From Octopus vulgaris (lineage: Eukaryota), in the NCBI GenBank assembly GCA_951406725.2, contig OX597838.1, forward strand, positions 15,934,001 through 15,998,000: 64,000 nt of DNA, in the 5' to 3' direction. Position 1 is the first letter of the stretch, and each line of letters opens with the position of its first letter. A program made the position numbers and the translations under genes. This document shows, piece after piece, positions 24,666 to 38,126 of this stretch. The notes under the pieces were generated by a model. The model did not search any database, was not told the DNA's origin, and saw only the letters and a list, made by a program, of their open reading frames with translations.

Positions 24666-25142
24666 TAATCTTCTTAGATTGATAAGGAGAGAGAGGGAAG
24701 AGAGAGAAAATTAAATGTATGAATGTGCGTGCTCGAGAGAGGTAGTAATTATTTAAAAAATCATAAAAACGACATTGCGTGCGTGTGTGTATATATGTGT
24801 GTGTGTGTGTGTGTGTATTTGTGTGTGTGTATGCGTGTGTGAGTGAGTGAGCATATGCGCGTGCTTGTGTGTTTGAATAGGGGGAAAAAGAGGGAGAGGA
24901 AAAGGAGAGCGTGAGAGAGGAGGCAGGAAAATATTTAAAGAAAAAAGAGTGGATGGAGTGGGTGGGTGGGGGAAGAGGATTTTCGGAGCGGTAAGAATTC
25001 ATTCTTGTGGAGGAACTTGGCGTCTATTCGAGGTCATTCGGTACAAGATTTCATCGCTTCCCGCCACCAGTGTGTTGTAGGTTTTCGACTTTATTTTTGA
25101 AAAACCCCAATCCTCTCTTGTGATGCCTGACTAATGTATGTG

Positions 25143-25194
<52 letters not shown>

Positions 25195-25293
25195 CATATA
25201 TACATGCGCTCACGCACACACACACATATTCATACACTTTTATATGTATGTAAGAGTGTGTACTTGTTTAAAGGAAGTAATTTTATTGAAGTA

Positions 25294-25338
<45 letters not shown>

Positions 25339-25373
25339 AAGATTATACTAATAGCTATATGTATATGTGTGTG

Positions 25374-25420
<47 letters not shown>

Positions 25421-25677
25421 GTAGGTATGTGTGTATATATAAATGTGTGTGTGTGTGTGTGTGCATGTATGTATGTATGCGTGTGTGTACGTATGTACAT
25501 ATTCACCCCGGGACACAGAACTTATATGCATTTCTGGAAACCGGACACATAATCACGCCTGAAACATTTACCAGCCGCAGACCAACTGAAAACTAATTCC
25601 TAATTAGTTAAATATAAGTATGCTCTTGCACGACGAAAAAAGAAAAGAAAGAAAGAAAGAAAGGAAAGAAAAATGTT

Positions 25678-25878
25678 AATCCTTTCTACCAAAGGCACAA
25701 GCCCTGAAATTTAATGATGGGAAGGGACTAGTCGATTATATCGACCCCAGTGGTTCACTGGTACTTAATTTATTGACCCCCGAAATGTTGAAAAGCAAAG
25801 TCGACTTCAGCAGAATTTGAACTCAGAACGTATGGACCGGCGAAATGCTGCTAACGATTTTGCCAGCTCGGTGCCTTA
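25678..25878 (-). mobile_element. SINE family B (older tail variant)
   Basis: GTCGATTATATCGACCCCAG..GGTACTTAATTT..AAAGTCGAC..ATTTGAACTCAGAACG..TGCCAGCTCG. Confidence 0.82.
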
Positions 25879-25899
25879 ATAATAATAATAATAAAAATA

Positions 25900-26478
25900 A
25901 ATGTCCTGATGCTGTACCAGGCAGTAGCTGTCATGGCTTCTGATCTTAACTGATTGGAAGTGTTATTATGTACATTGTTTTGTCTTGGTATAAAAGATGG
26001 GCTACAGCAAATATTCTGCTCAATACCAAAGATTTGCTTGTCAATTGTTTGACCTTAACCAGTTGAGCATGTCCCTTAGTGGCTGACGATATGTGCATCT
26101 CTGAACACGAGCAGAAGTAGTAGGGGAGCATCATAGCCATGTGTTGAGAGGGATTCTTTGGAGTCTGAATAATTCACCTCTGGAAACATGGGTGTTTCGT
26201 TCAACATCCTTAAACAACCCTTATTCAGGGACCTTTTGAGCGGGACGGGTGACTGGACCAGAAGAAAATTCTAACTGGGCCCCACGTTTAAGGTCATGCA
26301 ATGTTTATCTTGATATGAGAACACCATGTCGCACACATATGGTTATGATGCATGTGCCTGGTGTACCCTTATCAGACGGGTAGTCATGATGGGTATACTT
26401 GGTTTCGTATATTTTACCCCAGTGTCACTTTGATGGCATGCACTGCTCTCTCACTCAATAATAATAATAATAATAATC
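25900..26478 (+). mobile_element. Probable LINE 3' UTR-type repeat ending in (AAT)n, sitting in an AAT run
   Basis: Non-coding 560-bp block ending CTGCTCTCTCACTC(AAT)n with (AAT)n also on its left. R4/Dong assignment is inference from the known TAA-repeat targeting of Dong. Confidence 0.5.
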
Positions 26479-26644
26479 ATCCTTTCTATTACAAGCACAA
26501 GGCCTGAAATTTTAGGGGACGGGTTTAGTCAATTACATTGACCACCGTATTCTAATAAAACTTAGAATACGGAGTGTAAACATTAAGCAGAGAAATGTTA
26601 TGTATTTCTTGTCCGGCTGATGAAGTCTTGCAAGCACACACACA

Positions 26645-26765
<121 letters not shown>

Positions 26766-27173
26766 ACACACAATACTAGGTAGTTCGTCATCAGGGAATA
26801 TTTCTTCTGTGTATGTGGAATGTGTGTGCAATGTGCGTTCAGATTTCACGTTTAGGAAAGGGGCTATCCTGATGGGGTTACCGTCGCTCTTCTTTGTGGC
26901 CCTTCTTTGACATATTTCAGTGTAAAATATTGCATGTGTATGCAGGGAGAGGTTTCATCCCTAATATTGATTGTACAATGCTTAATTTCAGTATATGTAT
27001 GTATGTTGGATATGTGTCTTGGTGTTTCGATCTAGATGTTTGTTTTTCCTCTTGTGACGCTGACTGCAGCAACCAACTCTGTTTCTTCGAATGTCTAAGT
27101 AGTTTTTCAATTTTAACAGTATTATTTCGATATGTAGGTGACCTGAGTGTATATGATCTGTTATAATGTATAA

Positions 27174-27561
27174 TGTGGAGGCGCAATGGCCCAGTGGTTA
27201 GGGCAGCGGACTCGCGGTCGTAGGATCGCGGTTTCGATTCCCAGATCGGGCGTTGTGAGTGTTTATTGAGCGAAAACACCTAAAGCTCCACGAGGCTCCA
27301 GCAGGGGATGGTGGTGATCCCTGCTGTACTCTTTCACCACAACTTTCTCTCACTCTTACTTCCTGTTTCTGTTGTACCTGTATTTCAAAGGGCCGGCCTT
27401 GTCACTCTCTGTGTCACGCTGAATATCCCCGAGAACTACGTTAAGGGTACACGTGTCTGTGGAGTGCTCAGCCACGTGCACGTTAATTCCACGAGCAGGC
27501 TGTTCCGTTGATCGGATCAACCGGAACCCTCATCGTCGGAACCGACGAAGTGCTTCCATCC
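27174..27561 (+). mobile_element. SINE family C
   Basis: Near-identical to 9111-9497; TSD ATAATGTATA at 27163-27172 and 27562-27571. Confidence 0.93.
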
Positions 27562-27571
27562 ATAATGTATA

Positions 27572-27870
27572 GCAGTTTTTCAACCATTTTTGCCAATGGA
27601 CCCTTTTGATTACTATTTCACTCTGGTGGACGCCCATCGCCACTAGACGTTCAAACGCTAACTTTATAGATACTGCTTTCAAAATTCCTATTTTCCTTTT
27701 CACACATTTACTTTTGCTGGTTGAACTACGTAAAACATTAGAGAAAGAGACTTAACTGTTTCTTCTTATAAATACATCTAAAACAAATTTTTTTCAAGGA
27801 CTTTTAATATACTACTTTGGATCTCAAATTTGCTAATTGTTATTTGCTTGCGTGGACCACCCCCAAAAAT
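27572..27870 (+). mobile_element. hAT-like non-autonomous element remnant
   Basis: CAGTTTTTTCAACCATTTTTGCC..GGACCCTTTTGATT, homologous to 6233-6380. Confidence 0.5.
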
Positions 27871-27958
27871 CATATATGTGAATACGGAAAAAAAAAAAAC
27901 GAAGAGAGAAACAAATATGTAGGGATTAACGGTTTAACATATATATATATATATATAT

Positions 27959-28124
27959 AGGCGCAGGAGTGGCTGTGTGGTAAGTAGCTTGCTTACCAAC
28001 CACATTGTTTCGGGTTCAGTCCCACTGCGTGGCACCTTGGGCAAGTGTCTTCTACTATAGCCCCGGGATGACCAAAGCCTTGTGAGTGGATTTTGTAGAC
28101 GGAAACTGAAAGAAGCCCGTCGTA

Positions 28125-28198
<74 letters not shown>

Positions 28199-28407
28199 TG
28201 TGTCTGTGTTTGTCCCACAACATCGCTTGACAACCGATGCTGGTGTGTTTACGTCCCCGTAACTTAGCGGTTCGGTAAAAGAGACCGATAGAATAAGTAC
28301 TAGGCTTACAAAGAATAAGTCCTGGGGTCGATTTGCTTGACTAAAGGCGGTGCTCCAGCATGACCGCAGTCAAATTACTGAAACAAGTAAAAGAGAGAGT
28401 AAAGAGC
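27959..28407 (+). mobile_element. SINE family A
   Basis: Full consensus. Confidence 0.92.
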
Positions 28408-28659
28408 ATATGTTAACGGTTCAATATATATATATATGCCCAATCATGCAATTTCAACTTTTGCGAGGAAAATCTGTGGAACTCGTGTGAACCTTTACCT
28501 GTCTTAGAAAATGAATGTATGAAAATAGAAGAGTACAATAATAGATATGTGAAATGGCATAAATGAAACGAGATGGATAAGAGTTGGACAGAGGGACAAC
28601 GTGAAAGGTTGCAATAGGTGGACAAAAGTGATGGGCAAAATGTGAATGAGAGGATATAA

Positions 28660-28962
28660 CTGGCACTCAGTCGGTTATAATGAACAGGGTTCCAGTTGAT
28701 CCAATCAACGGAACAGACTGTTCGTGAAACTAACGTGCATGAGGCTGAGTATTCCACAGATACGTGTACCCTTAACGTACTTCTCAGGGAGATTTAGCGT
28801 GATACAGTATGTGATGAGACTGGCCCTTTAAAATACAGATACAACTCATTTTTGCCAGCTGAGTGGACTGGAGCAACGTGAAATAAAGTGTCTTGCTCAA
28901 GGACACAACGCATCACCGGGAATTGAACTCAAGTCTTTACGATCGTCGCCGAATACCCTAAC
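28660..28962 (-). mobile_element. SINE family E (CORE body, family C-type tail)
   Basis: CORE-like TGTGTCCTTGAGCAAGACACTTTATTTCACG on the minus strand; tail ACGTTAAGGGTACACGT..CTGTTCCGTTGAT shared with family C. Confidence 0.82.
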
Positions 28963-29139
28963 AAACTTTTTTGCCACGGCGATTTTGTCTTTTCAATGGT
29001 TATTCTGGACTACACCGTCTAATGTCTCCTTCCATGTTTAAGAAAGCAGTAATGTGATCTGGAAACGATTAAACTGTTATTTCTAGCGACCACATTGACC
29101 TCGTAGACTCTTACAAGGTGGGCCATTGTTGTGAATAAG

Positions 29140-29275
29140 ATGTCATTGATCATAGGATACATTATGACATGTCATTGATCATAGGATACATTATGACGTT
29201 GATCATAGGATGCATTATGACATGTCATTGATCATAGGATACATTGATCATCGGATACGTTGATCATAGGATACA
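29140..29275. repeat. Minisatellite, about 29-bp unit with core TTGATCATAGGATAC
   Basis: Six copies of the core with variable spacers. Confidence 0.9.
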
Positions 29276-29737
29276 ACCTGTGATCAAAACCCTTCCACAA
29301 ATGACAATCTCGCCTTTTCGAAGTATGTACAACTACATCATCTAACGTCCTTCTTTTTTTTCTTTCTCGGTGCTAGGTGGTTTGCTTGATTCGAAGAATA
29401 TTTAGCTGCTCTTTCCAGCAGTCATGAGATCACACTGTAGCACAGTTATCGGTTTCTCTCATTAACCTCGTTTTCCTGGGGTGGAATTAAGGAGTGTGGC
29501 GCTGGTGTTGATGCATTTTATGTCAACAGGATGCTTCTGGGAATTCCTGAGTCAGTAACTAGATCGCAGCCCTCACTCCTACGCCACCCGCTGTACTACG
29601 GTGCCAGTTTAGGGTGGGCGTGTGATGGATATAAGGTGACATTACGAGTTCGTATTCGGGCACTGGCAGTTTTTGGAGATCACGTCTATTAAATAGGTGA
29701 GGCGAGAATTCTTTCTTTGAGGTGCTGTTTGGGAGAC

Positions 29738-29799
<62 letters not shown>

Positions 29800-29976
29800 C
29801 AGTAAGGGCAGCAGCAGCTGCTGTAGTAGTGAGAGTAGTAGTAGCAGCAGTGATATCATTACTAATTGGCAATTACAGCTACAGTAGTGGTGGTGGTGGT
29901 GGTGGTGGTGGTGGTGGTGGTGGTTATAGTAGTTGTAGCAGCAGCAGCAGAAGAGTACGAAAGTCACTTGCCGCCG

Positions 29977-30035
<59 letters not shown>

Positions 30036-30620
30036 TCTTCTTCTTCTTTGATACTAAATAAATTCCTCAATGAAATCAGGATGATGAAGATGATGACAGC
30101 AAAGGTTATGAAAATGCTGATGATAGAGAAGGTTACTGATGAAAAGGAAGAGAAAGCAGAAAAAAGCTAAGATGACTCATTGAATTAAATGAATTTTTAT
30201 TTGGTTTAAAGTGGAGTGGGTGCTAGAAATTTACTATAAAAAAGAAAAAAGATAATTAACAGCGACCGCCCCCTCGCAGTTTGAACCGGCAACTGTTTGC
30301 TCCGAAACCTGATGCATTGCCAGCCCGGTCATCTTCAGTGGCGTGTACTGGCAAATGGCATAGCAGCTGTCAACGAGTCCGTCAAAACATTTCCTCTGAG
30401 CCATCTGTTGGCAGATGAACGGGGAGGAAGAGAGACAGAGGGAGATGGAAGAGATAGAGAGAGGTGAAAGAGGTGAGGGTTGAGGTTTACATAGGATGGG
30501 GGAAGACGCAGAGCGATGACGTCATATACGTAACGCCGCAAATGATAGTACGACGGAGTGAAAGAGTATAGAGAGAGCAAGGGAGATGATAGAAGTGCAA
30601 GTTTTATATATATACATATA

Positions 30621-30651
<31 letters not shown>

Positions 30652-30849
30652 CAGGGAGAGAGAGACAGAGACAGAGAGAAGAGGATATACGGGTAGAAAC
30701 AAAGGAAGGAACAGAAGAAAAAGTCATATGGGAAGAATGTGCATATTTGAAGGGAAGTGGTTAATTACTGAGAAAGGGTTCGAATGTTTGTGTGCATTCA
30801 CACTTGTTCAAACACCAACGCGCGGGCACACACTTATATGCATGCACTG

Positions 30850-30921
<72 letters not shown>

Positions 30922-30924
30922 TAT

Positions 30925-31158
30925 ATTTCTTTACTGCCCAGAAGGGGCTCAACATAGAGGGGACAAACAAGGACAAACGAAGGGATTGAGTCGATTATAT
31001 CGCCCCCCCCCCCAGTGCGTAACTGGTACTTTATTTATCGACCCCGAAAGGATGAAAGGCAAAGTTAACCTCGGCGGAATTTGAACTCAGAACGTAGCGA
31101 CAGACGAAATACCGCTAAGCATTTCGCCCGGCGCGCTAATGTGTCTGCCAGCTCGCCG
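30925..31158 (-). mobile_element. SINE family B
   Basis: Reverse complement of the family B consensus. Confidence 0.9.
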
Positions 31159-31749
31159 TGTGTGTGTGTGTATATATATACATAAGTTTACGTGAACAAA
31201 CGAAATAGCACTCAATGCATTGTGTAGTGTTTATATTTATAAGTAAACAGATGATGATTCACTCTTGCAGTTATTTGCCGTGAATGAAATTATAACTGCA
31301 AGTCGCTGATAAAGCTACTTTCCAAGTCGTTATTGAAGTCGGTGCTTATTGATCAAAGCAGGTCACTTCACTGAAATAGTTACCGACTTTAAATAGAACT
31401 AAGACGCGAGGGAGACGACGCCACCGAAGTTTATATTCATCAACAGTGGATGCTAAGCAGTGTGGTCCTTGTGGTTTGCAATGGTAACCTTTTTAACTCT
31501 TGTCTGAGGATGTACAATTGGTAGCAAGTTCTACAGAAAAGTCTGCTTGTGGTGACAGTTATACAATAGATCTGACTTTCTTTTGAGCGACTTTGTGAAC
31601 TTTTCAATAGCTGAAACTTTCAGATAGAAATCAATATTCATTAAAATCAATAAGCATATAAATTGTATACTTATCTTTTCGAAGATATTTAAAAACTAAC
31701 AACGTATTACATAGCGTTCTTAAATTTACTTGTGAAAAAAGTACATATA

Positions 31750-31990
31750 TGGAGGCGCAATGGCCCAGTGGTTAGGGCAGCGGACTTGCGGTCGGAGGAT
31801 CGCGGTTTCGATTCCCAGACCGGGCGTTGTGTGTGTTTATTGAGCGAAAACACCTAAAAGCTCCATGAGGCTCCGGCAGGGGATGGTGGTGATCCCTGCT
31901 GTACTCTTTCACCACTCTAAAGGCGGTGCTCCAGCATGGCCACAGTCAAATGACTGAAACAAGTACAAAAAAAAAAAAAAAAAAAAAAAA
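31750..31990 (+). mobile_element. Chimeric SINE: family C head, family A tail, poly(A)
   Basis: C sequence to CTTTCACCAC (about 31915), then CTAAAGGCGGTGCTCCAGCATGG..GAAACAAGTAC and A24. Confidence 0.88.
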
Positions 31991-33082
31991 TATTATTAAT
32001 ATTAAATTCAATAATACAAAAAAAGAATAACTGTTCACTACCTATACTATAATATTTAACGTTACAAACTATTCTATAGATCAATCACACTTAATACTTT
32101 TAGATTTTAGTTCACATATAATAATTATAAAAAAATAAAAATTAAATAAATGTACGTATCTAAATTATGATTAACAAACAAAGCAATTAGAAATTCATAT
32201 TTTTTCAATCAATAAACATATAAATAAATAAATTACTCCATTATTTCTTAAATAAATATTATACTTATCTTTCCGAAAATATGAAATAAGTATCTAAGCT
32301 ATGAAGAAGTTTTAATATTCAAATTTTAATTTTAGCTGCAATATTTTAAGTAAAAAAGTTTCTTATTCTTTACTTTACTAGAAGTAATAGCTTGTCCTAT
32401 ACTTTTACGGGTGTAATAACTTGTCCTGTACTTTTCCAGATCTATAATCTTAAGAATATGACTTTTTATGCTCGCAGTTTTCCATGTAATCCATGATTGT
32501 TCCAGTCATTGCTGTTATAAGATAATTAATAATGTGTCACTTAATAATTTAAGATTTTACCTTATAAAATACTGAAAGATAATATTTCAATTTTTTTCCA
32601 TGTAAGTGATGATAATATTTCAATTATTTCATATTTAATTTAAATATATGTTGTGATTGAATTATTTGATATTACCCATCCACACCAAATCAATGGCAGG
32701 GATTTTAAACATGTTGTTAGTTGCACCATGGCTCACCAAAAGTCACAAACAACAAGACACCAAAACCATCAGTTACCAGGCTCACCTTAAGTAACCTAAT
32801 TTTACAATATCACGAGGTCATAGGAATTCATTCAACGAAAAATTTCTAATGATTCCGGGATTTTTTTTCCGAACCGAAATAAGGGATTTGCAGCATATTA
32901 GGAGGTCAGGGTACTTGATTCCACGCAAAAAAAATAAAAATTTTTTCTTAGTGAAAATCGTGCGGGTGTTATTATAGAAATTGACCATAATGTTGTTGTT
33001 ATTTAGGCTCAAATCTTACACCACATATGCATATGTATATACGTATACTTACATGTATACGTATATACATATGCATATGTGG

Positions 33083-33597
33083 GCACAGGACATCACAAAA
33101 CGTAAACAATAAAAAATGCGAAGTTCGAGGACATGGAATATATGAACTTTTTTGCAAACAACGAAAGAAACAAATGGAAAATGAGACAAACAACACAAAG
33201 AACGACCCTTCATCAGTTGTCGACTGTTTTTCTAATCCGTATTTTGAGCAATTCACAAAAATTCGAGCAATTCACAAGATACGCCTTCGATAAAACAGTT
33301 GCTCCCGCAAAGCAAATTAAATAAAATTCGGGATTTTGCGGAGGTTCAAAATTAGTGACAAAAACAGGACAGTGAAAACAAACAGGAACGGCTGCTAAGC
33401 CTAAATAAGGTGGTGGTGACGAACGTGAAGAAACAAGCTCGGACAGGAGGCAGACAAGAAAAGGTCTTTCTTGTCCGGCGGCAAAAGGAAGAAAGAATGA
33501 AACACAAATTAAAGAAGAAAGAAAATGGCCGATGGTCACGTTGGAACCACGTGAGGAAAGAAAGAAGAGGGAGAGTGACAGACAGAGAACTCTGAAG

Positions 33598-33636
<39 letters not shown>

Positions 33637-33933
33637 GAACAAACTTACTTAGAAATGGATGCGTGCGTTCTGTCGTGTAATAACAAATTAATAAATAAAA
33701 CTTATGCATATATACATATATGTACGTACCTACATCTACATGTATATATACATGCATATATGGGTACAGGACACAAAAAAAAAAAACGTCTAACACAATG
33801 AGAAACGAAAACATACACACAAAACCAAGGAACTGGACATTTTTCTTAAACAACGAAAAAATAGAGTACAGGACAAATAACAAGGAAAATTCCCCTTCTT
33901 CAGTCGCCATGATTTCATCTACTCCGCGTTCCG

Positions 33934-33940
<7 letters not shown>
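33083..33940 (-). repeat. Two copies of an unclassified repeat carrying CTGA(T/A)GAAGGG; third copy at 23470-23602
   Basis: Shared plus-strand layout GGG(C/T)ACAGGACA...AACAACGAAA...CCCTTC(A/T)TCAG. PLE-terminal origin is only a guess. Confidence 0.4.
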
Positions 33941-33969
<29 letters not shown>

Positions 33970-33974
<5 letters not shown>

Positions 33975-34210
33975 GTGGAGGTACCCAATAGAAACCGGAA
34001 TTTTGCAAAATTATTTTATTCACTTAGTTTTACATGCTTATACTTTTACCGCTCTCAAAGTATTCTCTATTTAAAGCACTGGATCGGTCCAAACGCGTTT
34101 TCCACCGTTCGGAGCAGTCCTAGAACTATTGCAAAGTGATTCCTTTTAGCGTCTCCACTCCCCGTCGTTTTTTCATCTTCCCCTCTTCCACATTTGAAAA
34201 ACGCTCACTT
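33970..34210 (-). mobile_element. Mariner transposase C-terminus and terminal repeat
   Basis: Minus-strand translation ETLKGITLQ*F*DCSERWKTRLDRSSALNREYFE (mariner W..R...C...GEYFE motif), then a TIR-like end. Confidence 0.75.
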
Positions 34211-34220
34211 ATATAGCCAT

Positions 34221-34422
34221 TCTTTTACTTGTTTCAGTCATTTGACTGCGGCCATGCTGGAGCACCGCCTTTTAGTCGACCAAATCGACCCCGGGACTTA
34301 TTCTTTGTACGCCCAGTACTTATTCTATCGGTCTCTTTTGCCGAACCGCTAAGTAACGGGGACGTAAACACACCAGCATCGGTTGTCAAGCAATGCTAGG
34401 GGGACAAACACAGACATACACA

Positions 34423-34466
<44 letters not shown>

Positions 34467-34631
34467 CATATATACGACGGGCTTCTTTCAGTTTCCGTCT
34501 ACCAAATCCACTCACAAGGCATTGGTCGGCACGGGGCTATAGCAGAAGACACTTGCCCAAGATGCCACGCAGTGGGACTGAACCCGGAACCGTGTGGTTG
34601 GTTAGCAAGCTACTTACCACACAGCCACTCA
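34221..34631 (-). mobile_element. SINE family A
   Basis: Reverse complement of the consensus. Confidence 0.92.
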
Positions 34632-35087
34632 AAAAAAAAAAAAAAGAAAAAGATGAAGTGTAGAGCATGGTGCAAAAACTGAAAGTCAGAATCAAAAAGA
34701 TTCTTCCGAGTAACGGAGATTGAAAGACAGATAAAAGAGAGGACGAGGGTAAGGAAAATGAGAAGCGTTAGTCTGAGAAAACATGCAGACATTATAGCAT
34801 TGCATTATGTTTTTCGGTTACTTTGAAATACAATTCCTCAGTTATTTGCCATTGTCGCAGAACGAAGGTGTACCGCAGGGACACATCTCATAGTCAATTT
34901 AATTCGGTCAATCTACTTGCACACTGCTATCTATGACAATAATAACAGCATCAACTGCTGTATCAGCAGCAGCAAAAACTGTATTACAAGTTATGGGAAA
35001 AATCTGAACCTAGAGAGAATCAATCACATCCGAAGTATATATGCAGATATATGTACGAACATAAAGACATACACATGTACGTACACA

Positions 35088-35149
<62 letters not shown>

Positions 35150-35732
35150 ATCGCACGCACATACACATGTAATACATGAATACATACACTGATATGCATA
35201 CACATACGCATACAGATAGGTGCGTACATGTGCGTTACTGTAAGACAATTAAATGCCTATTAAAGTGAAGTGTCAGGAAATACATATTGAACTCAATCTT
35301 TGAGGCAACGCCTAATGTATGTATGTATGTATGTATGTATGTATGTATGTATGTATGTATGTATGTATGTATGGGAAGAGAGAACGAGTGTGAAAGAGAG
35401 ACAGATAGAGACAGGAGACAGAGAGATACATGCGCAGGCGTGGCTGTATGGTGAGAAGCTTGCTTCACAATTGAAACGCATGGTTCCAAGTTCAGCTCCA
35501 GTGCATGGCACCTTGGGCAAGTTTTTTCTTCTAAAGCCTCGAGCCGACCAAAGCTTTTTGAGTGTATTTGCTGGACGGAAAACGAAAGAAGAACGTGCGC
35601 GTGCGCGCGTGTGTCTATCACTTAATACTTGGTGTGAGTTTGTTTGCGTCTCCGTAACTCAGAGGCCCGGAAGAAAGATGGATAGGATCAATCCATTAAA
35701 TTATTATGTGTACGTACGTATGTATATATATA

Positions 35733-35781
<49 letters not shown>

Positions 35782-36843
35782 TTTTATTCTTTTATTTGTT
35801 TTAGTTATTTGACTGCGGCCATGCTGGAGCACCGCCTTAAGTCGAACAAATCGACCCCAGTATTTATTCTATTGGTCTCTATTGTCGAACTGTTAAGTTA
35901 TGGGGACGTAAACACTGTGGCGTCAGCAGTAAAAAAACTTATGGAGCAAGGATAGGTCAAGACGTGTATGTGTGTGTGTGTGATATGCATGTATGTATGT
36001 ATGTATGTATGTATGTATGTATGTATGTATGTATGTATGTATGTATGTATGTATGCATGCATGTATGCGTGCATCTATGAACGATTCCCTCTGTTAACTT
36101 TATTAGAACAAACTATATTTATTACGGACTGGAATGACGATTCATCGGTTGAATGTCATAAATTAGTCTTAGTCACTGACAATTTTTCTCGCTTTATAAT
36201 CGCAAGTCAGCCACGTTGTTGCAAAATCTGCAAATCATTTCCAGTTACCATTATTATCAATAGAAATATTTTTTGGTGATGGACAAGCATTATGCAAAAG
36301 TTCAACGAAAACTTGTAGTCATGTTCTAGAGTGTAATGAAATAAATTTAGGTATTTGCTCAACTGGACCAATGAGTCTTGGTGCTGTTAATTTGATGTAG
36401 CTGGCATTTCCAGTTGGGTAGAATTAACTTATCTGCATGAATACTTCTGGTAAATATATCTTTCTTTCAATTTAGATAGTTATCGGAGTAAGACGAGTGT
36501 TCTATCTTTAAGTGCACAGACCGCATCTCTGCGAACCGTTTTTTGTAAAGCTTTGATCTTTCGAGGATCATACTCTTTCCAGATACCGGACGACAAAAGC
36601 GAGAAGAAAAACAGTAACGACGACATTAACAACAACAAGAAAATTAATAATAAGTAAAACAGCAATAACGACGACAGCATAAGAAAACATAAAAAAAAAA
36701 CAGCATACTAAAAACCTAATATATTTTATTTTAATTTTGTGGGGTTTTTTTTACATGATTTTTCTTTTCGTTACTCTTTGTTTTGTTTTTGTACTTCCAT
36801 CATCATCTTTGGGCTACATTCTGTTCTACTACTTTCTGACCAG

Positions 36844-36910
<67 letters not shown>

Positions 36911-37097
36911 GCTACTGCTGCTGCTGTCGAATGTAAATAATGTAAATAATGTAAATAAGCCCGTTGTAGTTCAGGCTCCCGCCGCTAGAAGCCACTTGAT
37001 GCGACCCTCAGGCATCAGTCTGCCGACCGGCATCGTCGTGTGAAGTCCTACTGCTACGTAGTGCATCTTTGTTTTGCTGTGCTTCTCCTTGTTCGCG

Positions 37098-37621
37098 ATG
37101 GCTGAAATGAAGGAACAGCGTGCTTCCATGAAATTCTGTTTTCTGCCGAGGAAAACAGCAGCCAAGTCAGCTGAGATTTCTCAATCAGCTTTCAAGGACG
37201 CTGCCTTGAGTAAAACACAATTTTTACGAGTGGTTTTCACGCTTTAGGAATGGTCACTTGTCGCTTGAAGACCAATCGCGTTCAGGACGACTGTCGACCT
37301 CCCAAACGAATGAGAGGATCACGACAATTCATGAACTGATCTTGGAAGACCGATGCCGAACAACTGACGAACTTGTTGATATGAACAGTGTGTCCTGGAG
37401 CTCCTGCCAACGAATTTTGAGCGAAGAATTGAGAACGAAAAAAGTAGCAGCAAAATTTGTGCCTCGCTTGCTCACAGAAGATCAAAAACAGTCATGACTG
37501 AATGCGTGTCGTGAACTGAAAGAACAGTTGGAAGTTGATCCGTACCTTTTTCCGAAGGTCATCACTGGTGATGAGGTGATGAAAGCTGGTGCTACGGCTA
37601 TGACCCGGAAACGAAACAGCA
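37098..37621 (+). pseudogene. Mariner transposase N-terminal half, decayed
   Basis: MAEMKEQRASMKFCF..YEWFSRFRNGHLSLEDQSRSGRLST..AAKFVPRLLTEDQK..KVITGDE..WCYGYDPETKQQ, with frameshift and stop. Confidence 0.9.
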
Positions 37622-37901
37622 AATTTTAGGCCTTGTGCCTTTAGTAGAAATGATTATTATTATTATTAATGTGTGTGTGTTTGAATAAATGTGTGCGTGC
37701 ATGTATGTATGTATGTATGTATGTATGTATGTATGTATGTATGTATGTATGTATGTATGTATGTATGTATGTTAAAGTCTTCAGAAATCCCTACGTAGTG
37801 ATTCCCTATTTAACGTCTTATAGGCTTTCTTCGTGGAAAAATGTTATCCCCAGAATGAAAGTCTCACATATAGAAACGTGTAAAACCAAACTCTCTCTCT
37901 T

Positions 37902-38012
<111 letters not shown>

Positions 38013-38126
38013 CATGCACACACATTGAGCTCACACTAATGCATATATGTATATGTTCGTACGTGCACACACTCACATTATTATACATTTACCATTACTT
38101 AAAATTTTGCATCGATTAGGCTTCCA

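Noticed and set aside
33885-33940. Possible type II hammerhead on the minus strand (similar words near 33210, 23590 and 40700)
   Set aside because: Stem I cannot be formed and GAAA is mutated or misplaced.
36480-36590. Protein-like frame GIWKEYDPRKIKALQKTVRRDAVCALKDRTLVLLR on the minus strand
   Set aside because: No AG acceptor at its start, no clear donor and no recognisable homology.
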